From NCBI GenBank assembly GCA_963575745.1, contig CAUYUJ010000103.1:310001-374000 (forward strand): a stretch of DNA of 64,000 nucleotides, in the 5' to 3' direction. Position numbers and translations under genes: made by a program. The DNA is from Prorocentrum cordatum (Eukaryota). Below the pieces are notes generated by a model, which worked only from the letters and a program-made list of their open reading frames with translations, was not told the origin of the DNA and searched no databases. Shown here piece after piece: positions 35,166 through 46,672 of this stretch (position 1 is its first letter; each line of letters begins with the position of its first letter).

Positions 35166-38100
35166 GAACATGTATAGAAAGAGAACCATTATTTTGGATC
35201 TCTGCTGCCTAACCGACGAGAAATTTGAACACATCGAAGCACCGCGTCGATCGAACCTACCCCTACCCCAGGCCGTCCCTGGGCGACACGGCTCAGCTTG
35301 AAGAGCGTTTCCTGAGGTGGGTGCCAACCTGAGCCCTTTTCGCATGATAGTTGACGGCATTTGGCCCACCCCCCCTCGGCCTGCCGTCCAGGCCCCCCGC
35401 AGCATCTGCCATGCCGCGCACGAGCTCATTCCAGCATTGGAATTGAGGAAGCGTTGACTCTGCGCTCTGCTTCGTCGAACCCTGTCGGACCACATGCTCT
35501 CTGGTGCATCAAAGCCGCCACTGCCCGCCTTCTCGCCCAGCTCGATCCCAGCAGGGGCTGGGGTCGTCGGGCTAAGCGGTTCTTCACCGCCCGCCCCCTC
35601 CCAGCCACTTCTCTCAACCGCTCGGCCCGCGTGCTCTTGACCACGGCCTCGAGCCGCTCGGGTTCCCTGGGGTTGTCGGGCCTTTGCCTGTTGCTTGAGC
35701 GTGGAGCCCGCGTCGGGTCTTGCGAACGCCAGGGATGCTGCTTAGACTGTTTCATGTCCCTCGGCTTCCTGCTGAAGTTCATGCGCTTCTTCTTGCCTCT
35801 TGGGCTGGTATCCGAAGATGTCGTTGAGCGGCTCAGGTTCTTCGATGGCGACGTCATCGTGGTCAGCGACTGGCAGGTCGACCGACTGTGTGCTCGGGCG
35901 TTCGGTATTTGTTCCCTGTGAGGGCCCAGCAGGGCATCCGCAAGGTGCTGCGACCGCCTTCGCCACCGGATTGGCTCCACGCTGGTGGAGCGGTTGGCCC
36001 GTCTTTCAAGGAGGTGGAGGGGGTGCCTTCACCTCCTACGCCCCCGCCTGCGACTACGGCTTGGTCCCGTCTTGTGCTGCGGAAGAACCAGCGTAGGATG
36101 AAACCCATCCCCTTCTAAAAGAAGCATAATCATGACATGACGTATTTCAACTCCAAGAAGCGCTACCTTCACGCTCATGCGACTCAGGAGGTGCCGCAGG
36201 TAGCGATGGCGACGGTTCAGACAGCGCCTTCGCCAGGCGTCGTCGAGAGCACGGACCCCTGAGTGAGGAAAATGGCCATGATCGGTCCAGCCGTCACGAC
36301 GAGTCCGAGGAGCGTGCTGACTTTTCACCTCCTCCAAGTCTTTGTGTGCAAACTTCACTAAGGTGCGAACACGTCGGACCACCACGGCGCCGTGAAGGCG
36401 GGCAAACGGGAATTCACGGAGGCGGAGCTGATAGAGAGGAGGAGGCCGAAGAGGATCAGGAATAAGGAGCGGACTAAGGAGAAAACATATAAGGAGGACG
36501 AGCGGATTCTCTTGGAGCAGCGGATGATGGCGCCAGCGTCAGTTGGCCAAGGGCAGCCGTTGCGAGTATTTCAAGATGGACGATGAGTTTGAGCAGTCTT
36601 CTGAGCAACAGGCGACGAGGGAGGTGTTGCCCGTGAAGCCGACGGTCTTGTACAGCCTGCAGCAGGCTTATTTGGGAGGACTACTAGGAGGTGATGTGTG
36701 GTCTATTGGTGCTGGTGATGCTGGTGGCCCTGAAGGCGCCAGTCTTTCGGCTGACGATTGCGGTGCTGCGGATGTTCCTGGTGCTGATCGTGCCGCTGGC
36801 TCATCTTCGTCTCGGAACGGCTCAGAGATGATCTTCGGGAGGGATGCGGCACGGGTGGAGGAGCTGCTGCAGTGCATGTCCGACGGCACGATGTCGAACG
36901 AGGCCGTTGGCATGGCATTGCGGGTCCCTCTGTATGGGACGGCTTCCTGAACATGATCCTCGGCCAGTTCTCGGATCCAGGTTTTGTGGTCTTGGATTTT
37001 GAGTGCGTTGCCAGTATGAGGTAGTCTTTTTCCTTTACTTCTCGCCTTCAAGTAGAGCCTCGTGTGCCCGCCCTTTTCCGCTTGCCCTCGCAATCCCCGC
37101 GGGAGATTAGTGTGGCAGTCGCCTCCAGCAGAAATGTTCTTGACCACCTCAACTGCGACCGCCTGTGTTCTCGTCAACCCTTGTCCCAGCGGGGGCTGGG
37201 GTTGTCAGGCCAGGCTTTGCTTGACCGTAAACGCTTTTCGCATAAGCTTGTCTCTGCGCCGACCGCGCTGGCTGCCACTCACTGCTTGCTGTCTCTCACG
37301 GGCGGACCTCTGCGCTCTGCGCTGTAGCAAACGACCCGCTCCCACGAACGCCGCTTGTGCAGTGCCAGATGCCGCCGCTCTGGTCTTCTGCGAGAGCCGC
37401 TCCCTGCACGGCAATGTCCACAGCCTGTTTGAAAAATTGATGACCCCCCTCCCCCCCGATCCCGGCTGCCATGAAATCGCCGCCGAAAAATTATTGTTTT
37501 AACTGTCCCCCCTGGAAAATATTCCACGGGCGGAACGATGCGAGAGATACATGCGCACATGTATGTTTGCATGCATTTACGCGTATACGCGCGCACGCGC
37601 GCGCATGCATTGGCATATGCGCATGAACTGCATGCGTGCAAATGTGCAGGCCGCTTCCGTAGACGAGTCGGTCATTTTCTTCTTATTGGGACACTGTGCG
37701 TACGTGCGCCGTCCCTGGCGGCGATCCTCACGGCATCATCTTGCTCCCTCGCCCCGGTGTTGAGACGCGGATCTCCCTGGTTCGGTCAGCTCTCTGCCAT
37801 CGGTTCTTGCTCGAGAGTGCGCGTGGCTTTACCTGATCCGGTCGCTCAGGCGCTTACGGTGTTGATTACATCCATCGTTCCCCTGGCCACTTCGCCCGTC
37901 CCTGGGGCCTTTCCGTGGACGGTCGTTTACAGGATCAGTACTCCCCTCAGGGGACTTGGTGTGCGACTTTGGTGGCGCCACCCGATGCACCAGTTTTGGG
38001 CCAGCTTGGGTACCCTTGGCAGTCGTCGCAGCGTACTGGCTGGCTGCCTCTCTGGTCACATCCTGGTTCGACCCTCGCGCCATTTTGGCTGCGCCCCAAC

Positions 38101-38359
38101 ACTGGTTGGCTAATTCTGCACGTGCGCGCCCCTGGACCTGGTCCCTGGCAGCGGCAGCTTGCACCTCCCTCGCGCCGGCCCGCCCGCCGAGGCGCTGCTG
38201 AGGTCGCCGGCCCGTCGGCGTTAGGTAATTCGGCTCTTGCGCGGCCCGCTCGGATCAGACTCGCCGCTGGCGCCCTCGCCTGCGGTTGCGACAGAAAGTA
38301 CGTGCGCACGCGGCTGCGCGCGCGTGCGGTGGCGTCCAGTTCTCGCGCGGGTTGCGCGG

Positions 38360-40410
38360 CTGACTGGCCTCATGTTGGCTCCCAGGGTCCCGAATTTACA
38401 TTTCGTTTGTATCATGCGGTTTCGGGGCTGACGCGTGTCACTTGTTTTTTGTTGTGAAGCTGAATGGCCGTTCGCACAGCCCCAATTTTACATGTTTTCC
38501 TCATGTCGGGGGTGGCTCGTGTCGCCCGTTGTTTTGGTGAGGTTGAATGGCCTTATTTCGATTCCCAGAATCCCAAATTTTCAAATGGTTCTTATTTCCC
38601 TCGCGGTTTCAGAAATGGCACGTGTTACCCGTTGTTGTTGCGACGTTGAATGGTTTTATGTGGGTTTCCAGAATCCAACGTTTACATTTGTGTTTTTCTC
38701 GCGCGGTTTCGGTGGTGGCGCGTGGCGTTCGCTGTTTTTGCGCGGCTGAATGGCTTGATGTTGGCTCGTGGAATCCCGCATGTGCATTGTATCCCCCACA
38801 CGGTTTCGGGGGAGACACGTGCCACCCGCCGTTTTTCATGAGGTTAAATGGCCTTACGCTGGATGCTTGAACCTTATATTTGCAAATCGTGTTTTTCACG
38901 CGGCGTTTAGGGTGATACGCATCACCCGCTGTTTTTGTAAAGCAGAACGGCCTCCTGTTGGCCCCCAGAATCCTAAATTTAAATTTGTTTTTTACACGGT
39001 TTCAGAGGTGACACGTGGCACCCGCTGCTTTTTGTGAGGCTGGATTGCCTTATATTGGTTTGTACAGCCCCAGAATTTGCAATTGGTTTTGGTTCACACG
39101 GTTTCGGGGGTTACACGTATCACCGGTTGTTTTTGTGAGGCTGAAAGGTCTTATTTTGGTACTCCGGATCTCAATTTTACCATTGGTATTTCTCATACGG
39201 TTTCGGGAGTGGCGCGTGTCGCCCGTTGTTTTTGTGATGCTGAACGGTGTTTTGCTGGCTCCCAGGACCTCTAATGTTCAATTGTGTTTTTCTCACATGG
39301 TTTCGGGGGTGGCACGTGCCACCCGTTTTTTGGTGAGGCTGAATGACCTTGGGGGTGACACGTCTCACCCGTTGTTTTTGCTAGTCTGGCGTTTCGTGGG
39401 CTTCCGAACTCCTGAATGGACTTGTGTTTTTTTGTTCACGCGGTTTCAAGGGTGACACGTATCCGCCGTTATTTTTGTGTGGTTGATTGGCTGTATGCTG
39501 GTTTCCAGAACCAATAATTCAAAACACGTTATTTTCGCTCGCGAGGTTTCGGGGGTGACACGCGTCACCGGTTGCTGTGGTGAGGTTGGAAAAGGCTTCA
39601 CATTGTCTCCCAAACCCACATCTGCAATTGTTGTTTTCCCGTGCGGTTTAGGGGGAGACACGTGTCACCCGTTGTTTCTTGCGAAGTTGAAAAGCCTTAT
39701 GTTGGCTCCCAGAAGCCTAGATTTACATTTGGTTTTTGTTTTTTTCCCACACGGTTTCGTGTGTGTCACGCGTCACCCGTTGCTTTTGTGAGGCTGAATG
39801 GCCTCATGTTGGCTCCCAGAATATTGAATGTACAATTGTGTTTTCTCACACGGTTTCGGAGGTGGCACGTGTCACCCGCTGATGTTGTGAGGCTGAATGG
39901 CCTCTCACACTAGAACAAATGTACGTTGTTTTCCTTACACGGTTTCTGGGGTGGCACGTGTCACCTGATGTTTTTGTGAGGTTGAAAGGCCTTATGTTGC
40001 CCCCAAAACCTTAAACTTACAATTGGTTGTTCTCATGCGGCTTCGGGGGTGGCACGTGCTGCGCGTTGTTTGTGCACGGTTGGGTGGCCTATGGCGGCTC
40101 TCAGAATCTTAAATTTATAATTGTTTGTTTTCTCACACGGTTTCGGGGGTGACACGTGTCATCCGTTGTTCTGCATGAAGTTGAATGACTTTATGCTGGC
40201 TCCCAGGATCCCAGTTACACGATTGGTTTTTATCCGGCGGTTTCGGGGGTGACACGTGTCACCGGTTGTTTTTGTGAGGTTGAATGGCCTTATGTTGGCT
40301 CCCACAGTCCCAAATTTACCATTATTTTTTTCTCGCACGGTTTCGGGGGTGAAACGTGTCACCCGCGGGTTTGTGTGAGGCTGATTGGCCTCACTGTTGG
40401 TTGGCTCCAA
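38360..40410 (+). repeat. ~99-bp satellite, ~21 copies, with palindromic core GGGTGACACGTGTCACCC
   Basis: CACGGTTTCGGGGGTGACACGTGTCACCCGTTGTTTTTGTGAGGCTGAATGGCC recurs at ~100-nt spacing. Confidence 0.95.
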
Positions 40411-40699
40411 GAATCCCAAGTTGCGGCGTGGCAGGCGTGGCCTGACCCCAAGACGGGGTGCGCAGGATTCCGCCCCTACACGCCGAGCGCCACGGCGGTC
40501 GCGGGGACGTCCCCGGCGGTCCGGTTTTCCCCGCCTTTTTATGTTTTCTATTTGCTTCCTACAGCGCTGGGAATATTTTTTGTATTAATCATCCCTCTAG
40601 CCTTTTCTGTACTAAAAACCGTTTTCAGACATTAGCTGATCCCCCCCGCATCAGCTTTTCTCGCATGCTCCAAGCGCCGCGTTGTAGCTGATGTCCGTT

Positions 40700-41290
40700 G
40701 CCCACGATCGTTCCCACGTGCAGTGCCATCTGCTGCCGCTGCTTGCCGTATCGCCCGAGCTGATCCTTACGCTGTAGCCGACGATCTGTTACCACAGTCG
40801 CCCTTTGAGCATCGTCAGCAATCAATGTCGACTCACTGTCTTCCGTTTTTCTCGCATGACCTGTTGTCGGCTTGCACTCTAATGCGTGAAATAGTCGGAG
40901 CGTTGATGCTGACGACGTCGGCTCTCGCGCTCCCGCCCGCGCTATTCGCACGAGCTAATCACACCACTGTGGCTGATGATATCGGCTCGCCGCTTCTCAC
41001 ACGATCTCATCCCAGCGCTGGTGCTGATGATGTTGGCCCGCACGTTTTTATAAGGGTTGATGCCAGCATTGCAGCCGATGATTGACGCTGTGATTCTTGC
41101 CTACACTCGTGCAGCTGCACCACGGTGGCTGACGATGCTGCTTACCTGGAGGACGAAGCGACGGGGAATGATGACGAGGACGGCTCCTGTTTGCCGCGTA
41201 CCCATTTGGTCGCATCATGGTAGCTGATGACGTTGGGTACCACGTCTGTCGATCGTGGCTCCTGTCCGCATGGCCACTCCGACGTTGGCG
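40700..41290 (+). repeat. Highly degenerate tandem repeat (GCTGATGATGTTGG-like)
   Basis: Recurring gctga(t/c)ga(t/c)g(t/c)tgg motif. Confidence 0.45.
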
Positions 41291-41522
41291 CGCAGACCGC
41301 CGTCCCGTGCCCCCTGAAGGGTGGGCCGCTTGGGCGCCAAATCTTTGGGAGGAGGCCGAGGAGGAGGAGGAGGAGGAGGAGGAGGAGGAGCAGGAGGAGG
41401 AGCAGGAGGAGGAGGAGGAGGAGGAGGTCCGAGTGAGGAAGGGGTGGGCGACGCGGCCATCATGCAGTGGAGCTCCCGACCATGGGGGTGCATGGTTCCT
41501 GGCCTTCTTTCTCCCTGGCGAG

Positions 41523-41580
41523 GGCTGGGCGGCTATGGTGGACGCCGAGGGCAGGACGTACTACGGCAACGCGGCCACTG
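41523..41580 (+). CDS. WW gene exon 4 (GWAAMVDAEGRTYYGNAAT-G)
   Basis: AG at 41521-22, 58 nt, GC donor. Paralogous to exon 2 in length, phase and sequence. Confidence 0.85.
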
Positions 41581-41899
41581 GCGACACCCCTTTTGATGCC
41601 GCCGTCGCGTTTCCTAGGTGGAGGAGGTTGAGAAGGAGGTGGTGGCGACAAAGCAGCAGACGATGGTGTTGGTGGCGGTGGTGGTAGTGATGATGGTGAT
41701 GATGTTGGCGACGAAGACGACGATGAGGATGATTATGACGGTCACGATGGTGATGACAATGGCGGCAGCAACGAACATGGCCGACATCACAGTCTTCAGG
41801 CCCATGCTCCGGATCTTCCTCATCGGGATGAAGATTTCAGCTTCAAGACCAACGCCCTCATCCAGCCTCCCCCGGCTCCAACGCGATACCTTTGACTAC

Positions 41900-44530
41900 A
41901 GTGTGACGCTACCCACTGGCACGCCCCGACTTCAGCGCTGGCGAGATTCTGAAAGCGGAGAATACGACATGGGGCATGCAGGTTTGTACCCACGCTGACG
42001 AATTCTTGACGTCTGATGGTGGACATGCCTTCTTGGGATCCGGGTTCAAAGACCACCAACGTGGAGTCGACATCTTAATGCACAAACGTTGGGTCGTACA
42101 CGTAATACCATGTCACCCTGTCAACGAAAGGGTTGCTCATATCGATACCAATAGGTAGGCCGTCTATCAAGCTACAGATCGTAAATTCGTACTTTCTCAG
42201 TGGGTACGGTGATAAGCACATTCGAGATATGTATGGCACACTATCCCGCATTAGCGAAGAGGCGCATGCAACACGCATGATGGCATTGATTGGGGCAGAT
42301 TGCACTGCCCGCGCTGGGCATGCCATGGCGGATGATGCACGATGTATTTCGGGACAGCACGGAGGTGGCCCCATGAACGCTGGAGGGCAATGGCTAACAT
42401 AATGGCCAACCAATCAACGAAGTCGTCTTGTCCACACGTTCTATTTCAAGCAGACAAGCACATTGATCACCTACACCTCCCAGACAAACAACTCGACCAC
42501 TTTCGGATTGACAACAATTGCCGAATGGTCTAAGATTGCGAGTTGAATTATGACATCGACATGGGTTCTGACCATTGAATTTTGCGATATTACTGTGTTT
42601 TCGTCACGCACTTTCGCATCGACTCGACGTATCTCTGCAAGGAACGGGGCTGTCACTACACTGCGAACATGTCGAAGAATTGGTTCGGGATGGGTTACTG
42701 CAGCGGCAACCCCCGAGCACATATCACGGCTGCAGCAGCCACCCAGTCAGAGATAAACGGACTCAGCGACTCCAGCAAGGAAGTGACACGCCAAGCCACG
42801 AGACAGCGACCAGAAGCCAGCTCAACAAACACATCCTCAAAGAGGGTTGGGCTATCAAAAGGGCAGTCCAGCGGGCAAGAAACGATCGCATGTTGTCTGA
42901 GTGCAAGGGTTTGCAACGCGTCGGTGGAATCAAGAGCATCATAGCATGAACAACCATCATGAGCATGATTGACATGGAAGGGGTGACGCAACACGACCGG
43001 CAATCCATAACAGAGATGTTGGCGGCGTTCTGTGCAGACCTCTAGGACGACAGCGCCGACAGAAACAACGCCAGCAACCAGAGAAACGACCGACACGACA
43101 GCAATCAGAGCAACGATCGAGACGACCTGTATGACGCAACCCCGCCATTTACGACCGCGACAACTACGGTCCAACGGAGCTGCCGACTATTCTGTGATCG
43201 TTGCAGACATGTTGAAAGCAGGCGGTAATGTGTTTCGACTTGTGCTCCTCGACTACATGTACAAGAACGTCATATTATCCGATTCGCCAGCACTGGTCAG
43301 CTGGTGACACGCAGTATTCAAGGTACTCCACAAGCACGGAGACACCCAACAACGAAAAGTCTTCACCAACGGCCCTACAACCGACTATACCCACTACTAG
43401 ACAGCAGCCAGAGCACTGACCAAGCAGGCTGTCGACCCCCCCGCAGCACCACCGACCACCTTATTCACAGCAGCGCTGTTGCAGAATATTGCAGACGGGG
43501 AACGAAGCAAGAATATCCCTTCAATTCATTGCTTTTCACTTGCGTCTCAGACAGTGTCATTAGGCGAGCCCCCCCAAACAGGGGCAATCATAAATCACGG
43601 TCCCAAGTTACAGTTGCATGCGAGTGACAGGCTGACAAGTTTACGTTTCGCCGACGATCTCTCTTTCTATTGCGTGGTTCACTCGGCCACAACAAGGACA
43701 TTCTTCCCGACATGACTACCGAGACGGGCGAAGCGGGCTGCACCCCTTGACAAACCAATCGTTCTGCACAGCGGTAATCGATCATTACGTTGCAAACGTG
43801 CACCCGACAGCGTAAATGTGCACGGCATGACGATCGAGGCTACGCCACCTTACTGCGCAACGGAATATTTCCGACCATTTTTACAGCACAGCACGCTGCA
43901 CCCCCCATCGCGTCGCCACAGCGTGGCGGAATTGCCACGCACTCAAGCAAGAGCTGACTGGGCCAACAGGTTCACAATCATACCGTCTTCGCTCAATCAA
44001 CGGGACCATCACACCGACTATTTCTGCGGTCGCGGAGCCTGCACACTAACGACCGACATTGGTAATCGATTCCAGCGCACACAACGGTAGATGCTTCGCA
44101 TGATCGTCAGGGTGTCCAGACGCATTGTGAAAAATAGCATCCAGCAGGCACCACAAGCAGGTGAGGATAATGTTAGCACAGGCGATCGGCACTATAATAT
44201 TCACCAGCACACCGACGACGACGACGACGGACGACTCGTTGACAGCAAGTTGGATATACGCCATGTGTTCACGATGCGGAAACAGCCGGATATAATTTTG
44301 AGCTGTAGATTGATTGGGAAAAGCAAGCTTTTATCAAGGCGACAATGAGGAGGCCGTACATCACATAGTCGGCTCCCAAACTACGACAGCGGAAATGGCA
44401 TTGGATACGAAAACTGGCGAACGTCCTCGAATACGAAATGGCTTGAGGTATTCCAATGGACTCCACAAAAGCGACCGCGTCTACACAGCGAAACGCAGGT
44501 TGGGGTGAGACAAACCCAATTGGATTGACG
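41900..44530 (+). pseudogene. Decayed LINE (APE endonuclease + RT, RTE-like)
   Basis: APE: RGVDILMHKRW, VNERVA, IGAD, QLDH, GSDH. RT: QSTDQAGCRPPRSTTDHL, RGTKQ..P..LLF, LRFADDL (43644-43658). Many frameshifts and deletions. Confidence 0.85.
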
Positions 44531-45786
44531 TCCGACATTACATTGGAATGAAGATCGCGGGGGAATGTTCCAGATATATTGTGTTTTGCGTCGGTAGATA
44601 CGTGGGACAATCTGGCACAATATTTTGCGGCATATGGCGAATTCGCGGGACAGGCGTTTAATGCAGCATTTGGCGCTTGGACGCCGCACTGGCAGCGCAT
44701 TAGACGGATCCACCGCCGCCAGTTGGAGACATTCACTTATCGACCTCCGGCTTCACCTGACCAGCCTTTGGCAGGCCTCTAGCTTCCAGCTTTCGATTCC
44801 CTGCATTCCAGCCTTCAACGTACGACGCCCACCATCCACCAACAGCTGAGGACATCCAACGTTCCACTTCCAGCGTTCGACCCCCGCTTATCGACCTCTG
44901 GCCTCATGTGGCCGACCTCCAGCCTCCGACCTCCAGAACCCAGCATCAGCTGTAGTTGCTAAGCCTCGGGCAAAATGCCCATGGCCAGGCCAGCTGCCGC
45001 GGCCCCAAACCTGGCTCGGCTCACGGTGTGGGAGCGAGGCGTGCCTTCGGAGCGCAATCCGCATGACACCACGTCGGCGCCCGAGAACGGCACCGTGTCA
45101 CTCGGGGACCATTATGGTGTCCTTTTGGCACGCCTGCACGCGGCGTGTGCGGCGCCCCCCTGGTCCTGCGTCCTGGCTTGTCCCAGCGCTCTCTGTCTTG
45201 CCCCCCTTGCGGCCCTGGCCCGTCCCGGGCCCTGCCTCCCCCCCCCCTCCCCTCCGTGCCCGCGGGTTGGGGCGCTGTCATAGCGTAAGAAGAGCCACAG
45301 CCGGCGGCGGCGTTCCATCGGGCCGCAGACTTGGCAGACCTGGCTTCGGCCATGCCGTCTCTGGCGAGGTCCGTCTTGGGCGGCCTTTCCGGGGAGACTC
45401 GGCGCCAGGCCACCCGCAGTGAGTCGGGCAGCTTGTCCGAAACATCAGGGGATTCCTCGTCGCCCTCGTTCGCCGTCGTCATCTGTCTCGTGCTCGTTCT
45501 GCCCCGTTCTGCACGGCCGCCCAAGGGGCCCCCTTCACTTCGTGAGCCCTGTTTGGTCCCTTTGGGGCTCCATGGGGTCTGTCTTAGGCCGACTCAAGCC
45601 AGTGTCTGGACAGTCGTGCTGCTCTCCGGAGCCTACTGGAGACTCCTGGAGTCCCCTTTCAGGGCGCTCTTTGAATCTAATATTGGACCCTTGCGGGCTC
45701 CTCGGTTGCGCAGAAACTATTTGAGTAATGCCACACGCGGGTCGGGCACTCGGAGCCAGGAGCTATCGCAATTGACGGAGATCAGG

Positions 45787-46108
45787 GCCTTGCAGGTGTG
45801 TATCCAGTGTAATGTGCAAAGCGTCGTTGCCTTGGGAGCGCGGATCCAGTGTGATGTATGATGGATGTGGCCCTGAGAGTGCTTGTCAAGTGCAGTTCAA
45901 TCACAAATCCAACGTCATGTGCAATGGATTATGGGCCCTGGAAACCTATGTAATGTGCAAGGGATCGTGGCCCAACGAGCGCGGATCCAGCGTGATTTAC
46001 AAGGGACGGACGCCCTTGGCGCGCGGAACCAGTGTCATTGAGTACGGGTAGTGGCCCTGGGAGCGTGGATCAGGCGTGATTTACAAGGGGTCGTGCCCTT
46101 GGGAGCGC
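45787..46108 (+). repeat. ~42-bp minisatellite, ~8 degenerate copies
   Basis: GCCCTGGGAGCGCGGATCCAGTGTGAT-like units. Confidence 0.8.
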
Positions 46109-46631
46109 GAATTTGTTTAATCTACTACGGGGGATCTTTGGGGGCAAGAACCCTGTGAGCCTTTTCAAGGATCGGCCACAGGGGGCCTGCTGGGGCCGAG
46201 GCAGATATGGACCTTACTACACTCAATCTCCTGCATTGCATCACAGCAGTACTGGTACTGACGTAGCGTGATTGCTCACAGCCTGGAGGCCCCACGGGGG
46301 ACGGCGGCGGATCACTATTTCGTTCTCTTCCTCATCATTGTCATCCTCAGCCTCCCAGCCATCTTCTCGCATTTCTTTCTGCTGTCCCGCTCGGAGTGGC
46401 TCGATGTATACACGTTGCTTGGCCTGCCAGGGAGCCAAGGATTTCCGTGCATAGATGCTCCAGCGTCTCACAGCTTGGGAAGTTGGGGCGTCCATACAAC
46501 GAGCTCCTCGGCCGACCGAGCGGCTTGGTGTGCACACTTCGAGCCCCTCCGACCCGCCCCGTGCTTCAGAGCGCGGCCTGCGCGGGCGCAGGGGGGGGGA
46601 GGGGGGGGGGGGCAGGGCCCGCGGCGCCGAG

Positions 46632-46672
46632 GCGAGACGAGCTGGGAGCCGCCCGTCGCCGCCTCGGCCGAG
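46632..46672 (+). CDS. WW gene exon 5 (G-ETSWEPPVAASAE)
   Basis: AG at 46630-31, 41 nt, GC donor at 46673-74. Paralogous to exon 3. Confidence 0.82.

Noticed and set aside
34207..35495. Long poly-M/D/I ORFs
   Set aside because: Translations of a (GAT)n microsatellite.
35200..37430. Coding-like fragments of a possible decayed element
   Set aside because: No recognisable motifs, termini or consistent strand; cannot support a call.
38360..40410. Palindromic repeats at regular spacing as a CRISPR or attC array
   Set aside because: The whole ~99-bp unit is repeated; there are no unique spacers or cassettes.
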